Shown here: positions 9,137 through 22,429 of the stretch, piece after piece
Layout: the number at the start of each line of letters is the position of its first letter
Position numbering within the stretch: position 1 is the stretch's first letter
NCBI GenBank assembly: GCA_947373105.1
Contig: CANBWK010000004.1
Location: forward strand, 1,400-65,399
Origin: Comamonadaceae bacterium
GTDB taxonomy: Bacteria > Pseudomonadota > Gammaproteobacteria > Burkholderiales > Burkholderiaceae_C
Length of the DNA stretch: 64,000 nucleotides
Direction of reading: 5' to 3'
Notes under the pieces: generated by a model
Told to the model about the DNA's origin: nothing
Database searches by the model: none
Seen by the model: the letters and a program-made list of their open reading frames with translations, nothing else
Position numbers and translations under genes: made by a program

Positions 9137-10345
9137 TCAGAGTCTGCGGGCAATGTCAGCGATCAGGTCGTGCGCCAAGTCTTGCTTGGATGCACGAGGC
9201 AATTCACGCGCACCGTTGGCATCCACCAACAACAAGGCGTTATCGTCCTGACCAAAGGTGCTGGGGCCGATGTTACCCACCAACAAAGGCACCTGTTTTC
9301 GAATGCGTTTGGCCGTAGCGTGCATGAGCAAGTCGTGGCTTTCGGCGGCAAAACCGACGCAAAACAAAGCGCCTTGCTGAGCCCGATCACACTGGGCTAC
9401 AGAGGCCAAAATATCGGGGTTTTCGACAAACGCCAATTGAGGCGTATCACCTGAACCATCTTTTTTAATCTTTTGATCGGCCTGGGTATCAGGTCGCCAA
9501 TCGGCCACAGCAGCAGTGGAAATGAAAATATCGGCATTTCCGACCTGCGAATGCACTTGCGCATGCATGTCACGGGCAGATCTCACGTCAAACCGCTTGA
9601 CGCCTCTTGGTGTAGGCAGGCTGACCGGCCCTGCAATCAAAGTCACATGGGCCCCCGCTTGCTGAGCGGCCCGAGCGATTGAAAATCCCATTTTTCCGCT
9701 GGATAAATTGGTGATGCCGCGCACAGGATCAATGGCTTCATAGGTAGGCCCGGCTGTGACCAAGACTGACTTGCCTGCCAAGATTTGCGGTGTGAAAAAA
9801 GTCTGCAAATCTTCCAGAATTTCTTCGGCTTCCAGCATCCGGCCGTCGCCTGTCTCACCACAGGCTTGTTCGCCTTGGCCTACGTCCAATACATGGATGC
9901 CGTCTGCTTTGAGCTGGACGACATTGCGCTGCGTGGCGGGGTTGGACCACATCTCACGGTTCATCGCTGGGGCCACAATCAAAGGTACCTGGTCTCTGGG
10001 ACGGGCTAAGCACATCAGGCTGAGCAAGTCGTCAGCACCGCCGTGCAGCAACTTGGCCATGAAGTCGGCACTGGCCGGTGCCACCACAATGGCATCCGCC
10101 TCACGACTCAAATTAATATGAGCCATGTTATTGCCTTCGCGACTGTCCCACTGCGAGGTGAAAACAGCCCGCCCTGACAAGGCTTGCATGGTCACGGCAG
10201 TCATGAAGTGTTCAGCCGCGTCAGTCATGACGACCTGAACTGTGGCGCCCGCTTTGACGATGGCCCGGCACAATTCCGCCGCTTTGTAGCAAGCGATGCC
10301 GCCTGAGAGACCCAGAACCAGATGTTTTCCAGCCAATGTGTTCAT
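9137..10345 (-). CDS. coaBC: Bifunctional phosphopantothenoylcysteine decarboxylase/ligase
   Basis: GGIACYK, PAMNREMW, QACGETGDGRM, TAGPT..IDPVRGITNLSSGKMG, AAVADW; upstream of dut. Confidence 0.95.
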   Translation of the reverse strand: MNTLAGKHLVLGLSGGIACYKAAELCRAIVKAGATVQVVMTDAAEHFMTAVTMQALSGRAVFTSQWDSREGNNMAHINLSREADAIVVAPASADFMAKLLHGGADDLLSLMCLARPRDQVPLIVAPAMNREMWSNPATQRNVVQLKADGIHVLDVGQGEQACGETGDGRMLEAEEILEDLQTFFTPQILAGKSVLVTAGPTYEAIDPVRGITNLSSGKMGFSIARAAQQAGAHVTLIAGPVSLPTPRGVKRFDVRSARDMHAQVHSQVGNADIFISTAAVADWRPDTQADQKIKKDGSGDTPQLAFVENPDILASVAQCDRAQQGALFCVGFAAESHDLLMHATAKRIRKQVPLLVGNIGPSTFGQDDNALLLVDANGARELPRASKQDLAHDLIADIARRL

Positions 10346-10405
10346 GGATGGCAATGTATCAGACCTTTTTCTGTCCAACACCGAGACCGGGGATCACAAG
10401 GCTGA

Positions 10406-12112
<1,707 letters not shown>

Positions 12113-12137
12113 GACTCTTCCGCCCAGGACACCACCC

Positions 12138-14334
<2,197 letters not shown>

Positions 14335-14357
14335 TACGCAGCAAGGCTTCATAAGTC

Positions 14358-14633
14358 ATGGAAAAACGTCTCTTGCCCGCCGTTTTGTTGGCCCTTTTGG
14401 TGATATTCCAAGGGCAACTTTGGCTGGGTAAGGGCGGCATTCCGACAGTCGCTGAGCTGGAGCGAAAAGTTCAAGAGCAAAAGTTAACCAACGACAAGGC
14501 CCGCTTAGTCAACGAGCAACTGGGCGCTGAAATCAACGACCTGAAAGAAGGTCTGAACATGGTGGAAGAACGCGCACGCAATGAATTGGGCATGGTCAAG
14601 CCCAACGAAATTTACGTTCAGATTGCCAAATGA
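14358..14633 (+). CDS. ftsB: Cell division protein FtsB
   Basis: Single N-terminal TM, LWLGKGG, coiled coil, EERARNELGMVKPNE; after eno. Confidence 0.92.
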   Translation: MEKRLLPAVLLALLVIFQGQLWLGKGGIPTVAELERKVQEQKLTNDKARLVNEQLGAEINDLKEGLNMVEERARNELGMVKPNEIYVQIAK

Positions 14634-15199
14634 TGTCCCTAACCGAGGCCGCTGGTTTTGCACTGGCGGTGGTCATGGTGGTCTGCAGCATCAGAGAGCT
14701 ACATTGGAGCTGGCCCTTGGCCATCGCCAGCTCAGTACTTTATTTTTTTGTTTTTCAGGACAGCCAACTTTACGGCGAGGCCGGCTTGCAAATTGTGTTT
14801 GCTGTGCTCGCCTTGTGGGGCTGGTGGCAATGGCTACGGCCTTCTATGAACAAAACACAAAGTACTGGCATTCTAAAAATGACGCCTCGCGGACATTGGC
14901 AAACGGCATTGGCGAGCGCCACTCTGTGGCCACTTACGGCTTTATTTTTACAACACTTCACTGACTCTGATGTGCCTTGGTGGGACGGTTTTGTCACCGC
15001 ACTGAGTTTGGTTGGCCAATACTTATTGGGCCGAAAATACCTCGAAAACTGGTTGATCTGGATGCTTGTGAATGGTGTGAGTATCGGCCTGTTTGCCTAC
15101 AAGAGCTTGTGGCTGACCGTCTTGCTCTACCTGATCTTCCTGGTCATGAGTTGGATAGGCTGGCGCACATGGCTCTTCAAAATGAAAGTGCCTGTGTGA
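14630..15199 (+). CDS. pnuC: PnuC-family nicotinamide riboside (vitamin) transporter
   Basis: Hydrophobic 189 aa; WSWPLAI, YGWWQW-like segment, PWWDGFVTALS..GQYLLGRKYLENWLIW, GLFAYKSLW. Confidence 0.85.
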   Translation: MMSLTEAAGFALAVVMVVCSIRELHWSWPLAIASSVLYFFVFQDSQLYGEAGLQIVFAVLALWGWWQWLRPSMNKTQSTGILKMTPRGHWQTALASATLWPLTALFLQHFTDSDVPWWDGFVTALSLVGQYLLGRKYLENWLIWMLVNGVSIGLFAYKSLWLTVLLYLIFLVMSWIGWRTWLFKMKVPV

Positions 15200-15870
15200 T
15201 CACCCGTATTGCTTTACTGGGTGCTGAAAGCACAGGCAAAACGCAGCTGAGCCTTGGGCTGGCACAAGCCTTACGTGAGCGTGGACACGCGGTGCATGTG
15301 GTTCCTGAATTTCTTCGCACCTGGTGTGACCAGCAGGGCCGCACGCCTGAGCCCCATGAGCAGGCCGGCATTGCGCATCAGCAGGCTATGGCGGTATTGG
15401 CCCATCAAAGTGGCACCGTCATCTCTGACACCTCGCCACTGATGACCGCTGTCTACAGCCACAAGTTATTCAATGACGAGTCGCTCTACGCGTTTGCTTT
15501 TGCACACCAACGGCTCTTTGACATGACACTGCTCACGGGGCTTGATTTGCCGTGGGTGCCTGATGGACTCCAGCGCGATGGCCCTCATGTGCGCGAACCG
15601 ATCGATGCCATGGTGCGAGCCGCCTTACAAGTTGCCGGCATCGCCTACAAAGTGATTTATGGCCAAGAAGAAGAACGACTCCATAACGCTTTGCTGGCAT
15701 TGGGGCCAGACACTCATTCGGTCGACCCCGTTTTACTTGCGGCGCAAATGGCACGCACGCAAGGCCAGTACGCCTTGAACCAAGGTCGCACTGTATGGGC
15801 CTGCGACAAATGCTCAGACGCTGATTGTGAACACCGACTTTTTACAGATTTACTGAATGGCCGTCAGTGA
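15196..15870 (+). CDS. NadR-type ribosylnicotinamide-kinase-like P-loop protein (AAA_28)
   Basis: Walker A GAESTGKT, VPEFLR, SDTSPLMTAVYS, PWVPDGLQRD; GTG overlaps the pnuC stop. Confidence 0.75.
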   Translation: MITRIALLGAESTGKTQLSLGLAQALRERGHAVHVVPEFLRTWCDQQGRTPEPHEQAGIAHQQAMAVLAHQSGTVISDTSPLMTAVYSHKLFNDESLYAFAFAHQRLFDMTLLTGLDLPWVPDGLQRDGPHVREPIDAMVRAALQVAGIAYKVIYGQEEERLHNALLALGPDTHSVDPVLLAAQMARTQGQYALNQGRTVWACDKCSDADCEHRLFTDLLNGRQ

Positions 15871-16856
15871 ACCGCACCGCCCGACACATCTGTGCTTAAG
15901 CCTGTGAAAATGCCTGCGGCATCGATCGGGTCGTAACGGTATTGTTGCCCACAAAACTCGCAAGCCACTTCAATTTGACCCTGCTCGGCGATGATGCTAT
16001 CGGCCTCTTCCACGCCCAGACTGCGGATCATCTGGCTGACACGTTCTCGGCTGCAGCGGCACGCAAACTTGGGCGCGGTCTCGCCCGTTTTCGGCTCAAA
16101 CATCACGATGGGTTCCTCCCAAAACAGGCGGCGCAAAATCGTTTGAACATCAAGCGTCAACAGCTCTTCTCGTTTTAAACTTTTGGTCAAAATAGAAATG
16201 CGGTTGTAATCTTCACTTCGCCCGAGCAAGGCCTCTCGCGCCAGAGAATCCACCTGCCCTGCCAAGTTGCCATCGCCCTCCACGGGCAAGCGTTGTATCA
16301 ACAAGCCAGCCGCCACTTGGTCGTTGGCGGCCAGTACCAATACCGTGTCGAGTTGTTCGGACTGGAGCATGTAGTGCTCCAACACCTCGGCAATGTGTTC
16401 TATTTTTTGGTTGTGGTCGTCAAACAAGGGCACCACCCCTTGGTAAGGCTGTTGACCTGGCAATCGATCCAACGGGTCTAAGGTGATGGCACAACGCCCC
16501 TGGTTGTTCACGTTCACCATGTGGCTGAGAGGCGCATCAGGCGCAATCTCACCTATCAATGTGGCCGTGGCCCGCAGACTGAAATCGGGTTGCACTTCGA
16601 CCACAGCCAATTTGAGGGGGCCATCACCCATGATTTGCAGCACCAAAGCACCATTGAACTTGATATTGCCCTGCATCAACACGCTGGCCGCAGCCATCTC
16701 GCCCAACAAGTGCGTGACCGCAGACGGGTAAGCGCCTGACTCGGTGTTCGCAGCCCGACGGGCCAAAATATCTTGCCAAGCGTCTGTCAGACGGACCACC
16801 ATGCCACGCACGGGCAAGCCTTCAAATAAAAATTTATGCAATTCAGACAAGTTCAT
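15864..16856 (-). CDS. hslO: Hsp33 redox-regulated chaperone
   Basis: VRGMVVRL, QPYQGVVPL, C-terminal CRC...CEFC zinc motif. Confidence 0.93.
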   Translation of the reverse strand: MNLSELHKFLFEGLPVRGMVVRLTDAWQDILARRAANTESGAYPSAVTHLLGEMAAASVLMQGNIKFNGALVLQIMGDGPLKLAVVEVQPDFSLRATATLIGEIAPDAPLSHMVNVNNQGRCAITLDPLDRLPGQQPYQGVVPLFDDHNQKIEHIAEVLEHYMLQSEQLDTVLVLAANDQVAAGLLIQRLPVEGDGNLAGQVDSLAREALLGRSEDYNRISILTKSLKREELLTLDVQTILRRLFWEEPIVMFEPKTGETAPKFACRCSRERVSQMIRSLGVEEADSIIAEQGQIEVACEFCGQQYRYDPIDAAGIFTGLSTDVSGGAVH

Positions 16857-16884
16857 CCATGCGGTCACTGCCGCATTCCGGTAT

Positions 16885-17409
16885 TCAGGCGATTTTCTTC
16901 AGTGTGGATTGAAAGCGATGGGCGTTGGCCACGTAATGCTTAGCGCTTTGGCGCAAGCCTTCGATCTGTTCTGGGCTCAATTCACGCACCACTTTGGCAG
17001 GACTGCCCATGATCATGGAACCATCGGGAAACTCTTTACCTTCGGTCACCAGAGAGCCAGCACCTACCAAGCAGTTCTTACCTATTTTCGCACCATTGAG
17101 CACCACCGCACCAATGCCGATGAGTGACTCATCCCCGATCGTGCAGCCGTGCAGCATGACCATGTGACCGACAGTCACGTATTTCCCGACCACCAAAGGT
17201 TTGCCGTGATCGGCATGCAACACGCTACCGTCTTGGATGTTACTGCCTTCGCCGATTTCGATGGTCTCGGTGTCGCCCCGTAAAACACTGCCAAACCAGA
17301 TACTGGCATCGGCGGCAATGGTGACGCCTCCCATGACTTGCGCGCTGTCTGCGACCCAAGCGGATGAAGCCACTTGGGGTTGTTTGCCGTCGAGTTCATA
17401 AATTGCCAT
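16885..17409 (-). CDS. Gamma-carbonic-anhydrase-family hexapeptide protein (YrdA-like)
   Basis: [31 protein letters not shown]. Confidence 0.9.
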   Translation of the reverse strand: MAIYELDGKQPQVASSAWVADSAQVMGGVTIAADASIWFGSVLRGDTETIEIGEGSNIQDGSVLHADHGKPLVVGKYVTVGHMVMLHGCTIGDESLIGIGAVVLNGAKIGKNCLVGAGSLVTEGKEFPDGSMIMGSPAKVVRELSPEQIEGLRQSAKHYVANAHRFQSTLKKIA

Positions 17410-17523
17410 GTCTTTTTCCTGTTGTAGTGGGTAAGAACCTACAATTGTAGGGATGCAATGATCCTAATGCCTGACTTGTAAGAAGTCCCCATCTATCCTG
17501 CTTGCTGCAATGACATTTTCACC

Positions 17524-18300
17524 ATGACCACTTTGCGCATGGCCGCTTTGGGCCCTTTATGTGAAACCAATGCGGTGCGTAAAGCCCAAGCCACCTTGGC
17601 GATCGATGTGACACTCCCTGTGGACGCATCGGAACACCTTGTGCCGACCCGGCCCATTCCTGGTCGGCCTGACAAGCCCGAGTTGATCGCCCACACTTTG
17701 CTCAAACCCAAACCGCTGTCAACGCTCGAAGGTCGGGCTCTTCTGGTGCATGCCGTTGCGCACATTGAACTGAACGCGATTGATTTGGCGCTTGACGCCG
17801 TGTGGCGTTTTGCAGCGATGCCCGCTGCTTTCTATACAGATTGGGTGCAAATTGCCAAAGAAGAAGCCAAACACTTCATGTTGCTTCGTGAGCACCTGGT
17901 GAGCATGGGTTTTGACTATGGCGATTTTCCGGCCCACAACGCCCTGTGGGAGATGGCCGAAAGGACCAAGGACGATGTTCTGGCCCGTATTGGCATCGTG
18001 CCTCGCACATTGGAGGCGCGGGGACTGGACGCTTCACCTGGAGTGAAAAATAAACTCATCGGTGCGGGCGACCTCCGGGCAGGCCAGATTTTGGACATCA
18101 TTTTGGAAGACGAGATCGGCCATGTGGCCGCAGGCAACCGCTGGTACCGTTATGTGTGCGCTCAACGCGGATTGGACCCACACAGCACTTACGCCGATCT
18201 GATTGGGCAATACGACGCCCCCAAACTGCGCCCACCCTTCAATATGGCGGCGCGGCGCCTAGCGGGCTTTGACGAAGCTGAATTGTCGGCGCTGGGTTAA
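17524..18300 (+). CDS. Ferritin-like di-iron protein (DUF455-like)
   Basis: HAVAHIELNAIDLA, EEAKHF, LEARGLD, DEIGHV. Confidence 0.8.
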   Translation: MTTLRMAALGPLCETNAVRKAQATLAIDVTLPVDASEHLVPTRPIPGRPDKPELIAHTLLKPKPLSTLEGRALLVHAVAHIELNAIDLALDAVWRFAAMPAAFYTDWVQIAKEEAKHFMLLREHLVSMGFDYGDFPAHNALWEMAERTKDDVLARIGIVPRTLEARGLDASPGVKNKLIGAGDLRAGQILDIILEDEIGHVAAGNRWYRYVCAQRGLDPHSTYADLIGQYDAPKLRPPFNMAARRLAGFDEAELSALG

Positions 18301-18342
18301 GGTTAAGGCGATGGGTTAAGGCGATGGGAAAAGTGAGTTGCT

Positions 18343-18365
18343 GTAGGAGCCAGCCTGCTGGCGAT
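18343..18365 (+). repeat. Single GTAG-type REP palindrome
   Basis: GTAGGA-GCCAGC-CT-GCTGGC-GAT between convergent DUF455 and xerD. Confidence 0.6.
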
Positions 18366-18430
18366 GGCGCTTCACATCGACAGCTCTAGCGCTTGCAGGG
18401 CAGCGCCAACAAATTCGAAGCGCCAAGGCA

Positions 18431-19336
18431 TCAACCGCGTGGATGATGTTGCGCATGCAGACTTTTAAGCCGCTCACGGGCAATGTGGGTGTAAATCGTG
18501 GTGGTCGATATGTCTGCATGGCCCAAAAGCATTTGTACTGAGCGCAAATCAGCCCCATGGTTAAGCAAGTGGGTAGCAAATGCATGGCGCAAGGTGTGCG
18601 GCGACAAGGGCGTTGTGATGCCCCCTTGTTGCGCATAGCGCTTGACGATGTTCCAGAACATCACGCGCGATATTGCCGTTCCGGGCTTGGGTCCGCTGCT
18701 GCTGACAAACAGATCCTCGGTCTGCTTGCCCCCCAACAATCCGGGTCTGCCCCATTGCATGTACCGCTCCAGCCAGACACGCGCCTCTTGGCCAAAAGGC
18801 ACCAAACGTTCTTTGCTGCCCTTGCCCATGATGCGCAAGACATGATCATTCAAAGAGACATGCAAGGTTTTGAGTTGAACCAATTCACTGACCCGCAAAC
18901 CACTGGCATACATGAGCTCCAACATGGTTCGATCACGAAGGCCCAAAGTGTCATTGACATCGGGTGCATTGAGCAATAACTCCACTTGTTGCTCACTCAG
19001 GGTTTTGGGCACCCGTAAGGCCTGTTTGGCGGCCAGCATGCGCAAAGTAGGATCAGTTTGCACATGCCGATCACGCAGGGCCCAACGAAAATAGCGTTTG
19101 AAAACCGTCAACCTGCGGTTGGCGGTTGTGGCCTTTGTCATGCCATGCTTGATGGCAAAGTACTGCTGAAGATGAGACTCGGTGGTGTCGTCCAATGCCG
19201 CACCCTGCTCACGCAGCCAATCTGCAAAGAGCGCCAAATCACGTCGGTAGGCCGCCAAGGTGTTGGTCGACAAACCATCTTCCAACCAGAGGGCGTCTAT
19301 GAAGCGATCAATCGCGCTCTGGCTGGCTGGCAACAT
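18431..19336 (-). CDS. xerD: Site-specific tyrosine recombinase XerD
   Basis: LWLEDGLS.NTLAAYRRDL, RDRTMLELMYASGLRVSELV, SPHTLRHAFATHLL, LLGHADISTTTIYTH. Confidence 0.95.
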   Translation of the reverse strand: MLPASQSAIDRFIDALWLEDGLSTNTLAAYRRDLALFADWLREQGAALDDTTESHLQQYFAIKHGMTKATTANRRLTVFKRYFRWALRDRHVQTDPTLRMLAAKQALRVPKTLSEQQVELLLNAPDVNDTLGLRDRTMLELMYASGLRVSELVQLKTLHVSLNDHVLRIMGKGSKERLVPFGQEARVWLERYMQWGRPGLLGGKQTEDLFVSSSGPKPGTAISRVMFWNIVKRYAQQGGITTPLSPHTLRHAFATHLLNHGADLRSVQMLLGHADISTTTIYTHIARERLKSLHAQHHPRG

Positions 19337-20301
19337 CAATCGAGCTTGAGATTTTGTTGCTCTACGACCTTTTTGTAGACCTCGTATTCAGCCTTGATCT
19401 GGGCCGCAAATTCTTCAGGTGAATTGGCAACGACCAAAGAACCCGTGTCCTGAATGCGCTTGACCACCGCGGGGTCTTGCAAGGCCTTCTTCACACCACC
19501 ATTGATTTTTTCGATCACCTCTTTGGGCAGACCTTTGGGGCCGTAGATGCCGTAATACGCCATCCGGTTGACCTGCTCCAAACCGACTTCTTTGAAAGTC
19601 GGCACGTTGGGCAGCTGCGGTAAACGCTGCGGTGCGGCAACCACAATAGGAATCAACTTGCCGGTTTGAATGAACGGCAACGCTGAAGGCATATTGTCAA
19701 AAATGATCGGCACTTGACCCGCCACCGTGTCGTTCAAAGCCGGGCCTGCACCACGGTAAGGAATGTGGGTGATGAACACACGCTCAAGGCTTTTCCATAA
19801 TTCTGTTTGCAAGTGCCCGATGCCGCCTGTACCCGACGATGAATAAGAATATTTACCGGGATTCTTTTTTAGTTCTGCCACAAACGATTTGTAGTCTCTG
19901 GCCGGAAAGCTGGGGTGCACCGCAATCACGTTGGGCGTTGCAGCGATGTTGATGATGGGGGTGAAATCGGTGACGGGGTTGTAAGGAATTTTGGGGTTAA
20001 TGGCGGGGTTGGCCGCCGTGGTCGAGACCGTGGCCACGCCCAAGTTGTAGCCATCGGGCGCTACTTTGGCCGTTTCGTTCGCGCCCACAACACCCCCCCC
20101 ACCGGCTTTGTTTTCGACGATCACCGACTGACCTATTGCTTTGGCCAAGGGTTCAGAAATCACGCGAGCGATGATGTCGGTCGTGCCGCCGGGTGCAAAG
20201 GGGACTTGCAGGCGGATGACTTTGTTCGGATAGGTTTGTGCCATGGCTGACCCCACAACAGAGGTGGCCACAAGAGCGGCAATCAAATGTCGACGATGCA
20301 T
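19336..20301 (-). CDS. Bug/TctC tripartite tricarboxylate transporter solute-binding protein
   Basis: VPFAPGGTTDIIAR pincer motif, SSSGTGGIGH, HIPYRGAGPAL. Confidence 0.92.
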   Translation of the reverse strand: MHRRHLIAALVATSVVGSAMAQTYPNKVIRLQVPFAPGGTTDIIARVISEPLAKAIGQSVIVENKAGGGGVVGANETAKVAPDGYNLGVATVSTTAANPAINPKIPYNPVTDFTPIINIAATPNVIAVHPSFPARDYKSFVAELKKNPGKYSYSSSGTGGIGHLQTELWKSLERVFITHIPYRGAGPALNDTVAGQVPIIFDNMPSALPFIQTGKLIPIVVAAPQRLPQLPNVPTFKEVGLEQVNRMAYYGIYGPKGLPKEVIEKINGGVKKALQDPAVVKRIQDTGSLVVANSPEEFAAQIKAEYEVYKKVVEQQNLKLD

Positions 20302-20404
20302 GAAAGATTTCTCCAGAAAAAGACTTCAACCACGCCATCATAAGCACAAAAAATCTCACTTCAAAAGAACGGCATTACATCCCAAACACGTTATGCTGAA
20401 TGCT

Positions 20405-21310
20405 GTGAATTACGCTCAACTTCTCTTTCCTGATTTTTTCCTTATTTTTTGCGGTTACTTGGTCTGCCGTTACACCGCCTTGAACCGCGAGGTGTGGCAA
20501 AAAGTAGATTCACTGGTGTACTTCTTCCTGTTTCCTGTCCTGCTGTTTCAGTCGATCGTCAAAAGCCCGTTGGACCTGAACGCCGCGAGCAACTTGATTG
20601 CCGCCGGGGTCAGCATGGGTTTGATCGCCATCGCATTGGCCTACAGCTTGCCTTATTTGCCGATGTTGGGCCGGTATATCGACCGTAAAGACCATGCTGG
20701 GGCCGTGCAAGTGGGCTTTCGCTTCAACTCCTACATTGCTCTGGCCTTGTCAGAGCGGTTGGCAGGCCCTGAAGGCTTGCTTTTGATTTCAGTGTTGATT
20801 GGCATGTGCGTGCCCATGTTCAACATGGCGGCGGTATGGCCCATGGCACGCCATGCGAAAAGCAATTTCTGGCGCGAGTTGGTGCGCAATCCTTTGATTC
20901 TGGCCACGGCTTGTGGTCTTGTTTTCAATGGCTTGGGACTTCACATCCCCGTCTGGCTGGAACCCAGCGTGACTCGCATTGGCGCTGCCTCGCTGGCTTT
21001 AGGCCTCATGGCTGCGGGCGCAGGCATGCAATTGAGCAGCTTAAAGGACGGCAAACTGTTGACGACAGCCTTGTTGAGTATTCGCCACTTTGCCGTGCCT
21101 TTGGTGGCGTTTTTCCTGGTCCAGGCGTTTCATCTGTCGCCACAACAGGCAACCATATTGCTTATATTTTCGGCATTGCCTACCGCATCGTCTTGTTATG
21201 TGTTGGCCGCTCGAATGGGCTACAACGGCGCCTATGTAGCCGCTTTGGTGACCTTATCTACCGCGCTGGGCATGCTGAGTTTGCCTTTTGCTTTAGCCGT
21301 CTTGCGATAA
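20405..21310 (+). CDS. AEC-family (auxin efflux carrier-like) membrane transporter
   Basis: About 10 TM segments, VYFFLFPVLLF, GFRFNSYIALA, FSALPTASSCYVLA; GTG start inferred. Confidence 0.8.
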   Translation: MNYAQLLFPDFFLIFCGYLVCRYTALNREVWQKVDSLVYFFLFPVLLFQSIVKSPLDLNAASNLIAAGVSMGLIAIALAYSLPYLPMLGRYIDRKDHAGAVQVGFRFNSYIALALSERLAGPEGLLLISVLIGMCVPMFNMAAVWPMARHAKSNFWRELVRNPLILATACGLVFNGLGLHIPVWLEPSVTRIGAASLALGLMAAGAGMQLSSLKDGKLLTTALLSIRHFAVPLVAFFLVQAFHLSPQQATILLIFSALPTASSCYVLAARMGYNGAYVAALVTLSTALGMLSLPFALAVLR

Positions 21311-21334
21311 GCCCAAAATACAGCCACTTATTGC

Positions 21335-22429
21335 TCAACCTTGCTGCAATGACCAGTCAGCCTGTTCGCGGACCACTTCATCGTGATGCGTCAGCAGGCT
21401 TTGCAAAACAGCCTTCAGTGCGGTGGTTTCTTGGGGCGACAGGCTCGGTAAGGCGTTGCCCGCGGCCAAAGCCACATTGCGCAACCAACGTGCATGACCA
21501 ATGCGGCGAATAGCACTGCCTTCGGTGCGGTGCAAAAATTCGTCTTCGCTCCAGCTCAGCAACTCGGCCAAATCAGCACCGACCAAGGCCGGTCGTGAAT
21601 CAAAATCAGGCAGGGGGCTGCGTTGGGCATATTTGTTCCAAGGACACACGAGTTGGCATTCGTCACAACCATAAATTCGGTTGCCAATCAGGGGCCTGAA
21701 TTCGGGCGGAATGGGGCCAGCATGTTCGATCGTCAAATACGAAATGCAACGCCTGGCATCCAGGCGCTGGGGGCCAACGATCGCCTTTGTCGGGCACAGG
21801 TCAATGCAGGCGGTGCACTGGCCGCAATGAGGTGTCACCGCATCCGATTGGGGCAAGGCAAAATCGACAAACAACTCACCCAGAAAAAACATCGACCCGG
21901 CTTCGCGCTGAAGCACCAAGGTGTTTTTGCCTCGCCAGCCCAGCCCGCTGCGGCAGGCCAGTTCAGCCTCCAAAACGGGGGCTGAATCGGTGAACACACG
22001 GTGACCAAAGGGGCCAATGGCCTGTGCCAACTTGGTTTGCAGTAGCTGAAGCCGATGGCGCAACACCTTATGGTAGTCCCTGCCCCGGGCATAAAGTGAA
22101 ACCACCGCCTCGCTTGGGCGTGCAGCCCTTGCCATTTCTTGGTTGACCCAGTCCAGTGGGGCCTTCAACGGCAGATAATCCATTCTGGCAGTGATCACAC
22201 TGACAGTACCGGAAACCAGTTCGGTGGGGCGGGCCCGTTTCATCCCGTGAGAGGCCATGTAGGCCATGCTGCCGTGAAACCCGGCGTTCAACCAGGCTTG
22301 TAATCCTTCTTCTGCTGTGGATAAATCCACGCCCGTCACGCCAATTTGCGAAAATCCAAGTTCGAGCGCCCAAGTTTGCACTTGGGGCCACAACACCAAA
22401 GGATCGATCTGAGTACGAACAACAGTCAC
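21335..22429 (-). CDS. queG: Epoxyqueuosine reductase
   Basis: YARGRDYH, FTDSAPVLE, CGQCTACIDLCP and IYGCDECQLVCPWN Fe-S motifs; start inferred. Confidence 0.93.
   Translation of the reverse strand: MTVVRTQIDPLVLWPQVQTWALELGFSQIGVTGVDLSTAEEGLQAWLNAGFHGSMAYMASHGMKRARPTELVSGTVSVITARMDYLPLKAPLDWVNQEMARAARPSEAVVSLYARGRDYHKVLRHRLQLLQTKLAQAIGPFGHRVFTDSAPVLEAELACRSGLGWRGKNTLVLQREAGSMFFLGELFVDFALPQSDAVTPHCGQCTACIDLCPTKAIVGPQRLDARRCISYLTIEHAGPIPPEFRPLIGNRIYGCDECQLVCPWNKYAQRSPLPDFDSRPALVGADLAELLSWSEDEFLHRTEGSAIRRIGHARWLRNVALAAGNALPSLSPQETTALKAVLQSLLTHHDEVVREQADWSLQQG

Noticed and set aside
18431-19336. Tyrosine recombinase as a possible integrase of a mobile element
   Set aside because: Motifs match housekeeping XerD, the flanks are core genes, and no att repeats are visible.
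20374-20401. TTATGCTGAAT resembling a XerD-binding arm of dif near xerD
   Set aside because: No XerC arm at the right spacing; better explained as a -10 element (TATGCT) for the AEC transporter.
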